A program made the translations under genes and the position numbers. From a virus (lineage: Duplodnaviria > Caudoviricetes): a DNA stretch of 64,000 nucleotides. The DNA lies in IMG/VR virus record IMGVR_UViG_3300025961_000012, positions 13,109 to 77,108 of that record, one strand, 5' to 3'. This document shows positions 43,414 through 54,800 of this stretch, piece after piece (the first letter of the stretch is position 1; every line of letters starts with the position of its first letter). The notes beneath the pieces are model-generated. The model did not search any database. It saw nothing but the letters and a program-made list of their open reading frames with translations, and was not told the origin of the DNA.

Positions 43414-44817
43414 ATGGCCGACTCCATACTTGACCTGACACGACAACCTTGGATCCCAGCCAATGATCGTGGACTTGGCAGCACGGGCGGCTCGGTTCCC
43501 TGGTGGCAAACACCGGTGCGCGGGCTCGGGAATTCATCGCCGCTTCTGACTCCGTTCGCCATTCCGAGCGCGCCAAATCCAAACTCACTTTCTCCGCTGT
43601 CACCCGGCGGCACGACGGCCACCGGCTCATCGGTTGGTCCGTTCACGGCTGAAACGCTGGTCAAAAATCCGGAGCTGGCGAACATCTTAAAGAAGCTCTA
43701 CGGCGACATCGGCAACATTTCGACCGACCCGAACGTCAATCAGACGGTGCTCCAGAAGAACGTGAAGGACCCCGGGGTTGAGGCGGCCGGTCAGGCGGCA
43801 CTCACCCAACAGCAGGCTGACGCTCACAACAATGCCCAATCGATCGCTGACTTTGCCAAGAGCTACATGGCTGCACAACCTGAAGCTCAGGCGCGCGCGG
43901 AACAGGAAGCGGCAAATATCGGCCGCGTACAGTCCGGCGCCCTCGCCGCGGACCTCGCCGCCAACCAACGGTCCAGCGACATCAACAGCACCCAGAATCT
44001 GATGCGCAGGCTGGGCGCTTTAGCTGGCACCCAGAATCTTGGCGATCTTTCCCGCGGCGGCGTGACGAACTCGAACGCCAACGCGAACATCCTTCAGGCT
44101 GCCGCGCAGGCTTCACTGGCGCGTGATGCAGCATCACTGGCTGGCCATCGCCAGAACCTGATGGACGTGCAGAACCTTCAGATCGGAACGGCCGGTCTGC
44201 CACAGAGGATTCTGGACGCCGTGCTGCAGCGGCAACTGACCCCGATTCAGGCCGGCCAGGCATCGAGCGCGGCGGACCTCAACAGGCTGCAGGCCATCTC
44301 CGGACTGCTCGCCGGCAACAGCGTGTTCACGCCGCAATCGCGCAGCGGCATGATTCAGCAGATCCAACAGCTTCTCGGCGCCCAGGCGAATATCGATCCG
44401 TCGGCGTACTACCGATTCGTGCGGGGCGATTTCCCGAACCAATATCCGGGGGCGGTCCGGCAGCAGGATCTCAGTCTGCCGCCAATCTCGGGCGGCGGAT
44501 ACAGCGGGATGAACTTCCAGGACATCCTTGCCGCGCTTCAGGCTGGCGGCGGAGGTGCCCCCGGCGCCTATGGGGTTCCCGGTGCCCAGCCGTTTATCAA
44601 CGCGCCCGGAGATCTCACCCCGGCGATCCGGGCTCGAGCAGCGGCGCCGGCGCCGGTCCCGCGGTTGACGCCCGCGCCCAATCCGATGCGCGACGCGCTT
44701 TTCAACGATTACACGTCGGGCACAGGCAGCAGCAATAACGCCTCGGCGATCATGAACTGGCTTTATCAGCTTTCGCCCGAGCAACTGGCGGGCGTGCCGG
44801 CGGGAGGGTTTGAGTAA
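43414..44817 (+). CDS. Putative internal virion / DNA-ejection protein
   Basis: Q/A/N-rich helical 467 aa protein directly upstream of the giant protein, typical podovirus core-protein position. Confidence 0.55.
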   Translation: MADSILDLTRQPWIPANDRGLGSTGGSVPWWQTPVRGLGNSSPLLTPFAIPSAPNPNSLSPLSPGGTTATGSSVGPFTAETLVKNPELANILKKLYGDIGNISTDPNVNQTVLQKNVKDPGVEAAGQAALTQQQADAHNNAQSIADFAKSYMAAQPEAQARAEQEAANIGRVQSGALAADLAANQRSSDINSTQNLMRRLGALAGTQNLGDLSRGGVTNSNANANILQAAAQASLARDAASLAGHRQNLMDVQNLQIGTAGLPQRILDAVLQRQLTPIQAGQASSAADLNRLQAISGLLAGNSVFTPQSRSGMIQQIQQLLGAQANIDPSAYYRFVRGDFPNQYPGAVRQQDLSLPPISGGGYSGMNFQDILAALQAGGGGAPGAYGVPGAQPFINAPGDLTPAIRARAAAPAPVPRLTPAPNPMRDALFNDYTSGTGSSNNASAIMNWLYQLSPEQLAGVPAGGFE

Positions 44818-45848
44818 TGGCCATCGTTTACGCCGACTCGCCCGGGGCCGCCTTCTCCCAGGCTGCAAACCTAGATCAGCAGCGCGTTCAGAATTATCTG
44901 AACAGCATTGCGGCGAATCGAAACGCGCAGTTGCAGGGCTGGCAGGCGGCCGAGCGGCAGGCTGCGGTCGCCCAGGAATTGCAGCAGCGCGAGCAGCAGC
45001 AAATGATGCAGCTCGCCCAGCAGGCTGCCCAAGCTCAGGAAAGGCAGCGTCAGTTTGCTGAAAACATGGGGTTATCCCGGGCTGTTCTCGCCGAAAATAC
45101 CAGGCACAACATTGCAAGCGAGGAGAAGCCAAACGCCAGCGAGGAGTCGCTCCTGTTCAAAAAACAGAAGGACGAGCAGGCGCAGAACGATCAGGCGGAT
45201 TACGCGGCCAACGTGGCCGATTTGCTCAATCGTCACGCGGGACTTCAGAAATTGCTGGCGCAGGTGCCGACGACGCCGCAGGCGCGCGGCGCGGCCGTTG
45301 GTGGGGCCACCGGTGAAGGGTTCATGCCGAAGACCGAAAACAACCTGTTGCGGGCAGCGGCTTATGTGGTGCCGTTCCTGCCCACGTTCAATCGCGCGCA
45401 GGACACCAAAGCCAGCAAGGAAGCTGAGGTCAAACAGAACATCGCGGCCACAGTTGCGGGATTGCCCGCGGACTTCAGTGGCGCCGATTCGATCGAGGAT
45501 TATGCGAAGATCGCGGCGGCGGCCATCAACGCGCGCATCGCTCAGTTGCCAGAGAAACCGAAGGGCGATCTCGCAGGCATTATTGGGGTGAATGATCAAG
45601 GCGTGCATGTCCCGCTGATCCAGCGCCCGACGCCTGCCCCGTTGGAACTCACGCCAGCCGAACGGCCGGCCAATGAGTCCGTGAGCGCGCCGGCGGCGAA
45701 TCCTGTCCCACCACCACCGATCGCGCAGCCATCGCTTCCTTACTTTCGCAATGACACAGAGATAAAGGCCGCCAGGATTCCGAGTGGAACGAGCATCATG
45801 CTTTGGGATCCATCGCAGAAGAGATACCGGCGCGCGGTGTGGGAGTAA
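44817..45848 (+). CDS. Putative internal virion / DNA-ejection protein
   Basis: Q/A-rich coiled coil; coupled to the previous gene. Confidence 0.55.
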   Translation: MAIVYADSPGAAFSQAANLDQQRVQNYLNSIAANRNAQLQGWQAAERQAAVAQELQQREQQQMMQLAQQAAQAQERQRQFAENMGLSRAVLAENTRHNIASEEKPNASEESLLFKKQKDEQAQNDQADYAANVADLLNRHAGLQKLLAQVPTTPQARGAAVGGATGEGFMPKTENNLLRAAAYVVPFLPTFNRAQDTKASKEAEVKQNIAATVAGLPADFSGADSIEDYAKIAAAAINARIAQLPEKPKGDLAGIIGVNDQGVHVPLIQRPTPAPLELTPAERPANESVSAPAANPVPPPPIAQPSLPYFRNDTEIKAARIPSGTSIMLWDPSQKRYRRAVWE

Positions 45849-45849
45849 C

Positions 45850-48800
45850 ATGCCAGCCGTTTTCGTTGATGAGGAACCGCAGGCCCATTTCGTAGACGAC
45901 GCAGGGCCAGCGGAGGGTCGCGCCAAGTTCCTGGAAGATCTGCCGGCGCCGACGCCTCCACCCATTCCCGCCGAGCAGATAAGGATGACGCTTGAACCTG
46001 GTGTCACGGAGGGTAAAAGCGCCGAACAGGCCGACATTGAAAGGGCCAACAAAATTGGGGCCCCGCAGGTCGAGCTGAACAAACAGTCTGCGCCGTTCAA
46101 TTTGCGGGAACATCTTTCGATGGCCCGGGAGCGGCCGAGTGACAAACTCCAGTACTGGGCGCAACGCATCCCGTGGAGCCCCGCGGGTATCATTCAGCCG
46201 TTGGAGGTGAAATCAGCGGCCGATCGTATCCAGGCCGGGATCGGAGAACCGAAAGACTTTGAGAAGCTTTCAGATTTCATCGTCTCGGCGGAGAGACAGC
46301 AGAACGCGGGAGTGATTAGCAAGGCTGTGGACATCGCCACCGCGCTGCCCGCTTTCGCTGCGGAATTTTCAGCCACAGGCGGTGCATTCACGGGGACCCG
46401 CGCGGCCGCACAAAGGGCGGGTCTCGCCGCTTTGGAAGAGTCCGCAAAGGCAGTTGCTGGAAAGGCCGCGCGCTACGTGGCAACAAAGGCAGCCGAGGCG
46501 CCCGCATTTATTGCCGGTGCGGCTGCGCAAACTCTCGCCAACCCGAAGCTCATTGCTGAGAACTTTGTCCAGAACGAGCTGAATCGCGTGAAGTTTAAGG
46601 AAGGCGATCAGGGCCAGATCGAGACGATCATCAAGGATGACGACGTCGGCTTTGCGGGGAATCTGCGTAACTCTTTCCTGAAGGCTGGCTTTGACATCGG
46701 AACAGAATACGCGGGTGAACTCCTTCATCCACTCAAGGCGGCCATCGCCGCGCGCTGGATGAATGCCGTGCCCGGCCGAACGCCTGGCGCACTTCAGAAG
46801 GCGCTTGATGCGAGCGGATGGCATGGGGTGCTGGGCGAAATGTTCGAGGAACGGTTGAACGAGTTTGCGGCACCGCTCTACGGGGAGAATTATCAACCAC
46901 CGAGCCCTCAGCAGCTCATGGCTGAGGCGCTGGCTTTCAGCGTGCCAGGCACCGCTGAACGGCTTTTGTCTGGCCGCGGGCCAGCTATCGAGAAAGGTAA
47001 AGAAAATGCCACTACGCAAAGGACCGAACAGCCACGGACACAACGTGGAGAAGCTAATGCGGGAATACAACCAGTCGGGGAAAATCGGGTCAACCAACCC
47101 GTCGAGCAGCCACCACGCGCTCCGGATAGCGAACGCAATCGCGTACCGCCTGGAGAAGTCCCCCCGCAAGTCGAAACTCCGCCGGGGACGCCGGTAACGA
47201 CGAAGGCGCCGTTGGCCGTTCGCATCCTGACGGCTCGAGGTGTGGCGCCGGACGTCGCTGAATTTGTGGCCGCGCGCGCAGGCGACAAGCCTGCCAACGA
47301 GACGGCGGAGGATTACCGGACGCGCGTCAATGGACTGCACGACGAGTTTGGATTCAAGGTCCCGACCGAGGTAAACCCGGCGAGTAGTGAGGCGAGCCTC
47401 CGGGCGTCAGCCGCGGCTGAGGGTTTCACGGAGGAGCAGATCCAGAACACGCTCGCGAAGGCAAAGGCTGCCGATACCGCCGTTCATGCGGCGAACACGG
47501 CGCTCATCGGTCGGATTCAGGCGGCGCGGCAGCCAGCGACAGTCACTCCTGAACCCCCAACGGCGCCCCCAACTCTGCCCGATGTCGCAGCGCGATTTCT
47601 TCCAGAAGACGCCCGCAGGCTGCTGCAGGAGCACGCTGGCAACATCGCGAATGCCTCGGCGGCGCTGGGTCAAATTGTTCAGCGTCATCTGGATTCCGGC
47701 GGCCAGGCCATTCTCTACGTTGACGGGAAAGCGGTGCCGATCGTGCAGGCAGAGAATGGAATGCTTCGGGACAAAAAGAATCAGCAGTGGGGAACGATGC
47801 CCCTGTTCACGGGCAGGACCAGTCAGAACAGGCTGGACCTGCTTCCGATTTCTGCAACAAAAGCACCAGTTCCTGCAACGATCCCGCCTGTTGTTGCAAC
47901 AAAACCGCTTGTTGGTGAGACAGAAGCAGATTTGCGCGAGCGAATCTTGGGTCCTCCGAAGGATGCCCCGCAGGAGGTGGTGCTCGAGCGACTCAAAGCG
48001 CGCCTTTTGGAAGCGAAAAATGATGGCGGCGAGGGTGGTGGATTCCATGCGTCCGGCGCCTGGTTTGACATCGGCATTAATTTTCCGACTCCAGGTAAAT
48101 CCTACATCAACGGCAGAGGCATCACGATCAACGTTCCAACCGCAGATCTGAAGCGCGGCGATCTGTCCAATGCTGAGATCCTGATCGGGGGCAAGAAGAC
48201 GCAAATTGAAGACATCGCGGAAAAGCTCCCAAAGGCACCCCTCCCAAAAGAGGAAGGGGTCAAACCGCCGGAAGTGAACTCGGAACAGGCGATCCGTGAT
48301 CTCATAGATTCACCGGAAACCACTGCGCAGAAGTCGGTTAAAATGCGCCAGATGGCGGAGGCTGCTGGCATCGAACTCAAGGCCATGCAGGAGCGCGTCG
48401 AGGCGGTCCTCGTGAAGATGGCCAATGAGATCGCGCGCAACGAAGGGTTACGCCCGACGACTCGGTTTCATGCGCTGGTAAACCTGTACGAACGGCAACC
48501 GCTGTTCTCCGCGCGCACCAGCACCAGCGTTGCAGACCAAGCTTATTCGACACCGGCGCCAATAGCTTTCGCCCTGCGGCACATGACCGGTGTCACCAGT
48601 CAGACGCCGGTTTATGACGCGACCGCCGGCAATGGGATGCTCCTGCTGGGCTCGAAACTCGGTGAATCCGTCGCAAACGAGATCAACCCAAATCGCGCGC
48701 AGGCGCTGCGCGATCTCGGCGTCGGCACGGTCACACAGAATGACGCGACGAAATTCGTGCCGGCGGAGGATTCTCCCGTCGTCCACCTCAACCCGCCGTT

Positions 48801-51800
48801 TGGAAGTATCCCCAATACCAATTACGACGGATATGGAATCCGGAAGCTCGAACATCTGATCTCGCTCAAGGGACTCGAGGCCATGGAGGATGGAGGTAGC
48901 GCAGCCATCATCCTGGGCGCAGCGCTTCACGAGAAGGAACAGGGCAAAGGCGCGCAGTGGATCTTCGAGAACTATCTGTATGGGCACTACAACGTCGTGG
49001 ACAATTTCGAGATCGCTGGCGATCTCTACGCCAAACAGGGCGCAAAGTTTCCGGTGCGGGTGCTCGTCATCGTGGGCCGGAAGGCAACGCCTGTAACCGG
49101 CGAGTTCGCCCCCAAACACGTTGATCGTCTCACAAACTGGGATGACGTTTGGGCGCGCGCAGAAAAGGCACGCAATGAAGCTGAAAGAATCCGATCAAGT
49201 CTGGGCACCGGTGGACCTGGACCAATATCTCCTGGTATTCCCGAAGGCGCACAGAAACCCGCCCCGGGACCAGGACTCGTTCCTGTTCGACCAGGTGAGA
49301 CTGCTGCGCCGGCTGGTGGAGGAGGCCTCCGACGGGGAAATCGAGGAGGGAAATCGACGGCTCCAGGAGGACCTACCGGCGTCGGAGAGCCTGTGGCTCC
49401 CGCCGGACCTGCTGCGCAACCCGGCAACGCCGGGCAACCTGCTCAACAACCCGGCGGAATTGGGCAGCCAACTCCACCAGTGGAAGGAAGGAGTAGCAGC
49501 GGCGCTGAGGATGAAGTCCCTCCCAGTGCTGGAGGCACGGAAGCTGGCGGAGGGACTAAGCCTGGAGTCGTTTCTAAGCCGGGTAATATAAAGGCCGCAG
49601 ACATCGGCGACTTGAGCCTCGATGACCTCGACGCTCTGCTTGCAGGCACGCCAGAAGAACAACCGCCACCGGCGCCCGCGCCTATACCTCCCGCTCCGGA
49701 AGCGCCCTATCACTACCCGCAGCCCCTGGAAGGGCAGCCTTACGAGCAACCGCCACAGGCGCCTTATGGCTATCCTGAACCACTGGAGGGGCAGCCTTAC
49801 GAAACAGAGAGGGCCACCACTCCGCGCCCGCCGCGGCCACCGAGGAAACCTCCGACTCAACCGCCGAAGAAACCGAAGCTTTCGGATGTCGGCAAACATC
49901 TCGTCGAGGGTGCCAAGTCATCGTTTGAAGCACTGGATCAATTGTTCGGCCGCGGGACGCACATGGGCGCCCTTGGTCCTACTTTCGACGAAAATACGTA
50001 TGCTGCGGCAAAGCCCCATTTTGCAAAGGCGTGGAGCGAATATGTGAAGGCTGGGGCGACCCTTCAGGAATACATCCAATACGTCCTGGGCCGATTCGGA
50101 AATGGCGTGAGGATTTATCTGAAACAGTTTTTGGCCGACATGCAGGAGGAGGCAAAGGCCAAAAAGGAAAAACCGAAGGCGACAGAAACGCAGATCCCAT
50201 ACGAGCAACGTGCAGAAGGATACTCGTTCGGGCTCCTGACACCCAGCAACATCGGAAATGGGACTCATGCTGCACTCGATGCGCTTAAAGCTCGCGTCGG
50301 TCCACTTACAGATTTTGTTGCAGACCGGCTGAACCAATCGCCAACGGAACTGCAAAAGGGACTTTCGGGAGAGCAGATTGACGGCGTGGCGCTGGCCATC
50401 GACCAGATCGAGAATGGCGGTGCGCTCATCATCGGCGACGAGACTGGCATCGGTAAAGGGCGCCAGGCGGCGGCCATCATTCGTTACGCGCATCTTCAGG
50501 GGAAGATACCCGTGTTTTTCACGAAGGACCCGAAGCTGTTCACCGACATGTACGGGGATCTCGCCGACATCGGGACAACGATTCGACCGCTCATTTTCGG
50601 CGATCCATCCAAGGCATCCATCGTGAACGAGAACGGTGATGTCATCGTCAAGGCGCCGACGAAGAAACGCCAGGATGCCATCATGCGCGACATCCAAGAG
50701 CGCGGAATACAGGCGGCTGGTTACGACGCCATCTTTTCGACCTATTCGCAGGTCAACGTCGAAAATGAGCGGCAGAGATTCCTTGAGGGGCTGGCCCATA
50801 ACCAGGACACCATCCTGATTCTCGACGAAGCGCACGAGGCGGCCGGCGACGGGGAATCCTCGATGCAGGCGGCATTCATGCAGGGCGGCCAAGTGAGGAG
50901 GGGCAGCGGCGCGGACCGCACGATCGTCAATAAGGTTGGGCTGTTGAACGCGCCGGGCACGGCGGAAGGCCGCGGCGGCGTCACTTACCTGAGTGCGACC
51001 TACGCAAAGCGGCCCGACAACACGCCCCTGTATTTCCGAACGGCACTCCGGAAGGCAGCGCAATCCTTCCAGCAGGTCGTCGATGCGATGAAGAAAGGCG
51101 GCGTGGCGCTCCAGCAGGCCGTCAGCGAAGCCCTTGCGGCAGCCGGCCAGTATGTCCGTCGGGAGCGGGATTTCAGTGGGGTCCGATACGAGCTGAAGAA
51201 AATCGCCGTTGCCGATGAGCCCGCGCTCGTGCAGCAGGTGGACGGAATCACGGATCTACTGGGCCAAATCGTTCAGTTCAGTCATTCCGTCCGTGAGGCT
51301 GCCCAATCCGCGGGCGGCGCAACCTCGACGGCGATGTCTGATAACGCCATCGACGTCGCGGATTTTGCAGCGCTGGTTCACAACCAGGTTGGCCAGCTTT
51401 TGCTTGCGGCGAAGGCTGACGAAGTAGTGAAGGAAGCTGCCGAGGCGCACTCCCGCGGTGAAAAGCCTGTCATCGCGTTGATGAACACGATGGAGAGTTT
51501 CCTCGATCAATATACGACCGAGCACAACATCAAGCCGGGCCAGCCGATTCAACTGCGGTGGCATGAGTTGCTCAGATACGCCTTGTCCCGCACGCTGCGA
51601 GGGAAGGTTCAACAGCCGAACGGCGATACGGTCATCGTTCAACTCACACCTGAGGAGCTGGGATTGAGTCCTCAGTTCGAGGCGATCATGGAGCAGATTG
51701 GAGAACTCGAGACGGAATTTCCTGTCAGCCCGATCGATTACATCGTGCAGCAGCTCGAGGCCAAGGGCGTCAAAACCGGTGAACTCACCGGGCGCACGAG

Positions 51801-54800
51801 CGGGATCAACTATACAGATGTCAAAGCCGGACAGGGCACCTACAAGCGGTTTCCGAAGGCCAACAAAAACACGCTGGTAAACGGATTCAATGGCGGCGTT
51901 CTCAATGGCTTGCTGTTAAATGCGAGCGGTTCAACCGGCCTCTCCATCCATGCGTCCGAAAAGTTCTTCGATAAGAAACCGCGGCACATGGTCATCGCCC
52001 AGCCGGCGCTCGACATCAATGTGTTCGTCCAGACGCTCGGGCGTATCAAACGCACGGGCATGGTGCTCAATGGCGAGAACCCCGACGGTTCGAAATGGGG
52101 CGCGCGCTACACGCATCTCGTGCTGCCGCTCCAGGCGGAGATGCGGCCGGCGGCCGTCACGAATCGGAAGATGAAGTCGCTCAACGCCAACACCACGGCG
52201 GAGAGCAAGAGCGGCGTGAAGATCGAGTCGGCCGATTTCCTTAACAAATACGGGGACGAAATTGTTTCCGAGTTTCTCGACGAGAATCGGGAGTGGCAAC
52301 CGCGGCTCGGGCTGTGGATCGACCATAATCAGGACGGCACGGTGAAGGTCCAGAACGACATCGCGCGCAAGTTCACCGGGCGTATGTCGCTGATGCCAAA
52401 CTCTCAGCAGGAGGAAGCCTACAATCAGATCATCCCAGCCTATAATGAATTGATCGACCGCCTGAAGACGACGGGCGAATACGACCTCGACATCGTTGTC
52501 CACAAGGACTGGGACGGCACGCAGTTAAGCGACGACCAGCTTGCCCCCGGCACCGACGAGTCATCGATCTTCACAGCGAGCGTGCGCGCACAGCGGTGGG
52601 AGATCACCGACAACCGGCACGTCCCGACCGGTGAGGAGATGCTTGAGGAATTCAACCGCCAGACTGGCGGCGTCGAGAAGCTTCGCGAGAACTGGCAGGC
52701 GCAGATCAGGGAAACGGAGAAGCAAATTAGAGATCGCATCGCAGCGGCTGACAAGGCAATCGACGAAGCGGCCAACGAACCGGATCCCACGAAGCGCGCA
52801 CTTCTGGCAGCGCGGGCACAGAATGAGATGACCGCGATGCTTCAGGCTCAGGCCAAATGGTCTGACACGAAGGACACGCTCAATCGCATCCTGTCCATGG
52901 CAGGGGATCCTGTGGAACTCGAGGACTCCGAGACCCACGAGACATTCGACGGGATGCTCGTCGGGTTCAAAATGCCGAACCTTGCCCGCGGGCTGCGCGT
53001 GTCACCGAGCGCCTACCACCTGCGCTATCTGATCGATGCCCCTGGTGGAAAGATGTTTCTGCGCGGGTCGATGTTCCCTTCGAAATGGACACAGAACCGT
53101 AGCGACCGTCCGCTTTCAGATTTCAAGGGCGCCCGGGCAGGCCAACGGTACGCGCGCTGGGTCGTCACTGGCAACCCGATCAAGGCTTACGAGGCAACTG
53201 GCGGCCGCGGGAAGATGGTGAGGTTCCAGTCGCGCGACGGGCAAACCATCACGGGGCTGATCATGCCGGTGAAGTGGGACATCTCGAAGCTGGCGAGTGA
53301 TCCGCGGCTCGAACTGGTGAGCGGCGCCGCCATTGCCAACTTCCTGCGCGCGCAACGCGGAGATCAGAATCATGCCGTGGAGAGCAAGAGCGGCATCGTC
53401 CGGATCAATCGCAGCAGCACAGGGGCCTATGCGATTTCCGTCCCGGCAGCCAGACGCACGGGAGGCGATTACTTCCTGGACCTTGCCCTGCGGAAGATCG
53501 TTGGGGACTTCAACAAGACCGGCGCTCGAATGCTGGCCCAGGTCGCGCCCGACAAACTCGTCGCGGCAGCCGATCGGGTCATGCAGATTGCCGGCGAGCG
53601 ACTTCGGGTGTCAGGCAAGGTCAGTCCGGAGATGATCAGCGTCATCGAGGCAGCCAACAAGCCAGGCGGCACAGCATCTGACGTCGCCAACAGGATTGCC
53701 GAGGCCCTCAACAGGCTGAAGTCCAACCGGCGCCCGGGCGATTTGCAGTTGTTCGGGCTGGTCCCGTTGGTCTGGGACAAGGCCATCGACATTGCCCGCG
53801 GCATCGTGCTCGCCGGCGGCAAGGTGGCTGACGCGGTGGCAAAGGCCATCGAATACATCCGGGCCAACCATAAGGGCGACTGGGATGAGGCCGGCGCGCG
53901 CGCGGCGCTCGAGACTGCCGCCCAGAAGCCTGCCGCCACGGAGGAAGGGCTTACCGAGCCAGCCGAAGGCGAACAACCACCTGTCGTGGACGATCACTGG
54001 GTTCCGACGCAGGTCAAAGGCGTGACGTGGTACGTGCGCGACCGGGACAAACTCTCCCCGGAGAGCACTGCCCGTTCAATCGATGCCGCCGAGGCTGCTT
54101 TTAAGGCAGCCGGGTTCGACTCTGAGCGCCGGACCATGTTCGACCAGGGCGATCACCAGACCAAAAGCATCCTGTTCATTCCGGAAACGGAGAACGCGGA
54201 CGAGAAGGGGCGCAAGCTGGCCGAGGTGCTCGAGCGCGAGATTGCGACCCAGCGCGAGGCCGGCAAGGGCGCCGATCACGTCTCGACCCTGATCAACTCT
54301 GTGCGTGAGGGCTTCGACCAGCCTGGATCCGCCTTCCGCCAGATGTCTCAGCAGGTCCGGAACCGGCTGTTTGCTCTCGCCCAAGAGGAAGCGAGCTGGC
54401 GCGGGCGCGCCCTGCGCGCGCTGGCCAATTCCAAGGCCGACATCATTCGCATCGCGCGCAACGTCGACGTCTACCTGCAGCGCATCTACTCGACGGCGTT
54501 TGCCGACAAGGCCCCAGGCGGCGCTGCGGGCGCCAGCGACATTGCTGACGACCTGCGTGCGTCACTGCGCGAGGTCCTGACCGACGAGGAAATCGACCGG
54601 CTACCGGAACTCATCGCGGATCCAGCCCAGCGTGAGCGCATCAAGGCTGCGCTCAAAAAGGCGCTGGAAAAGGTGGCGCCGAAAGGGGCTAAACGCTTTG
54701 GACGCAGGAACTGGCGCACAATCGAATCGCTCATCCAGGGCGGCATCCTCGACGATACCGAGTGGTTCAAGGATCTGGCGCGCAAACGGGGCTGGAAGGT

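Noticed and set aside
47387-48151. Q/L-rich +1 frame inside the giant gene as a third nested gene
   Set aside because: Only a short stretch looks helical; the rest is Arg/Ser-rich shadow, with no start/SD pairing and a well-formed main frame.
49622-50288. Alternative-frame ORFs 49622-50047 and 50031-50288 as nested genes
   Set aside because: Low-complexity Arg/Pro or Gly-rich products without a convincing codon-usage switch in their favour.
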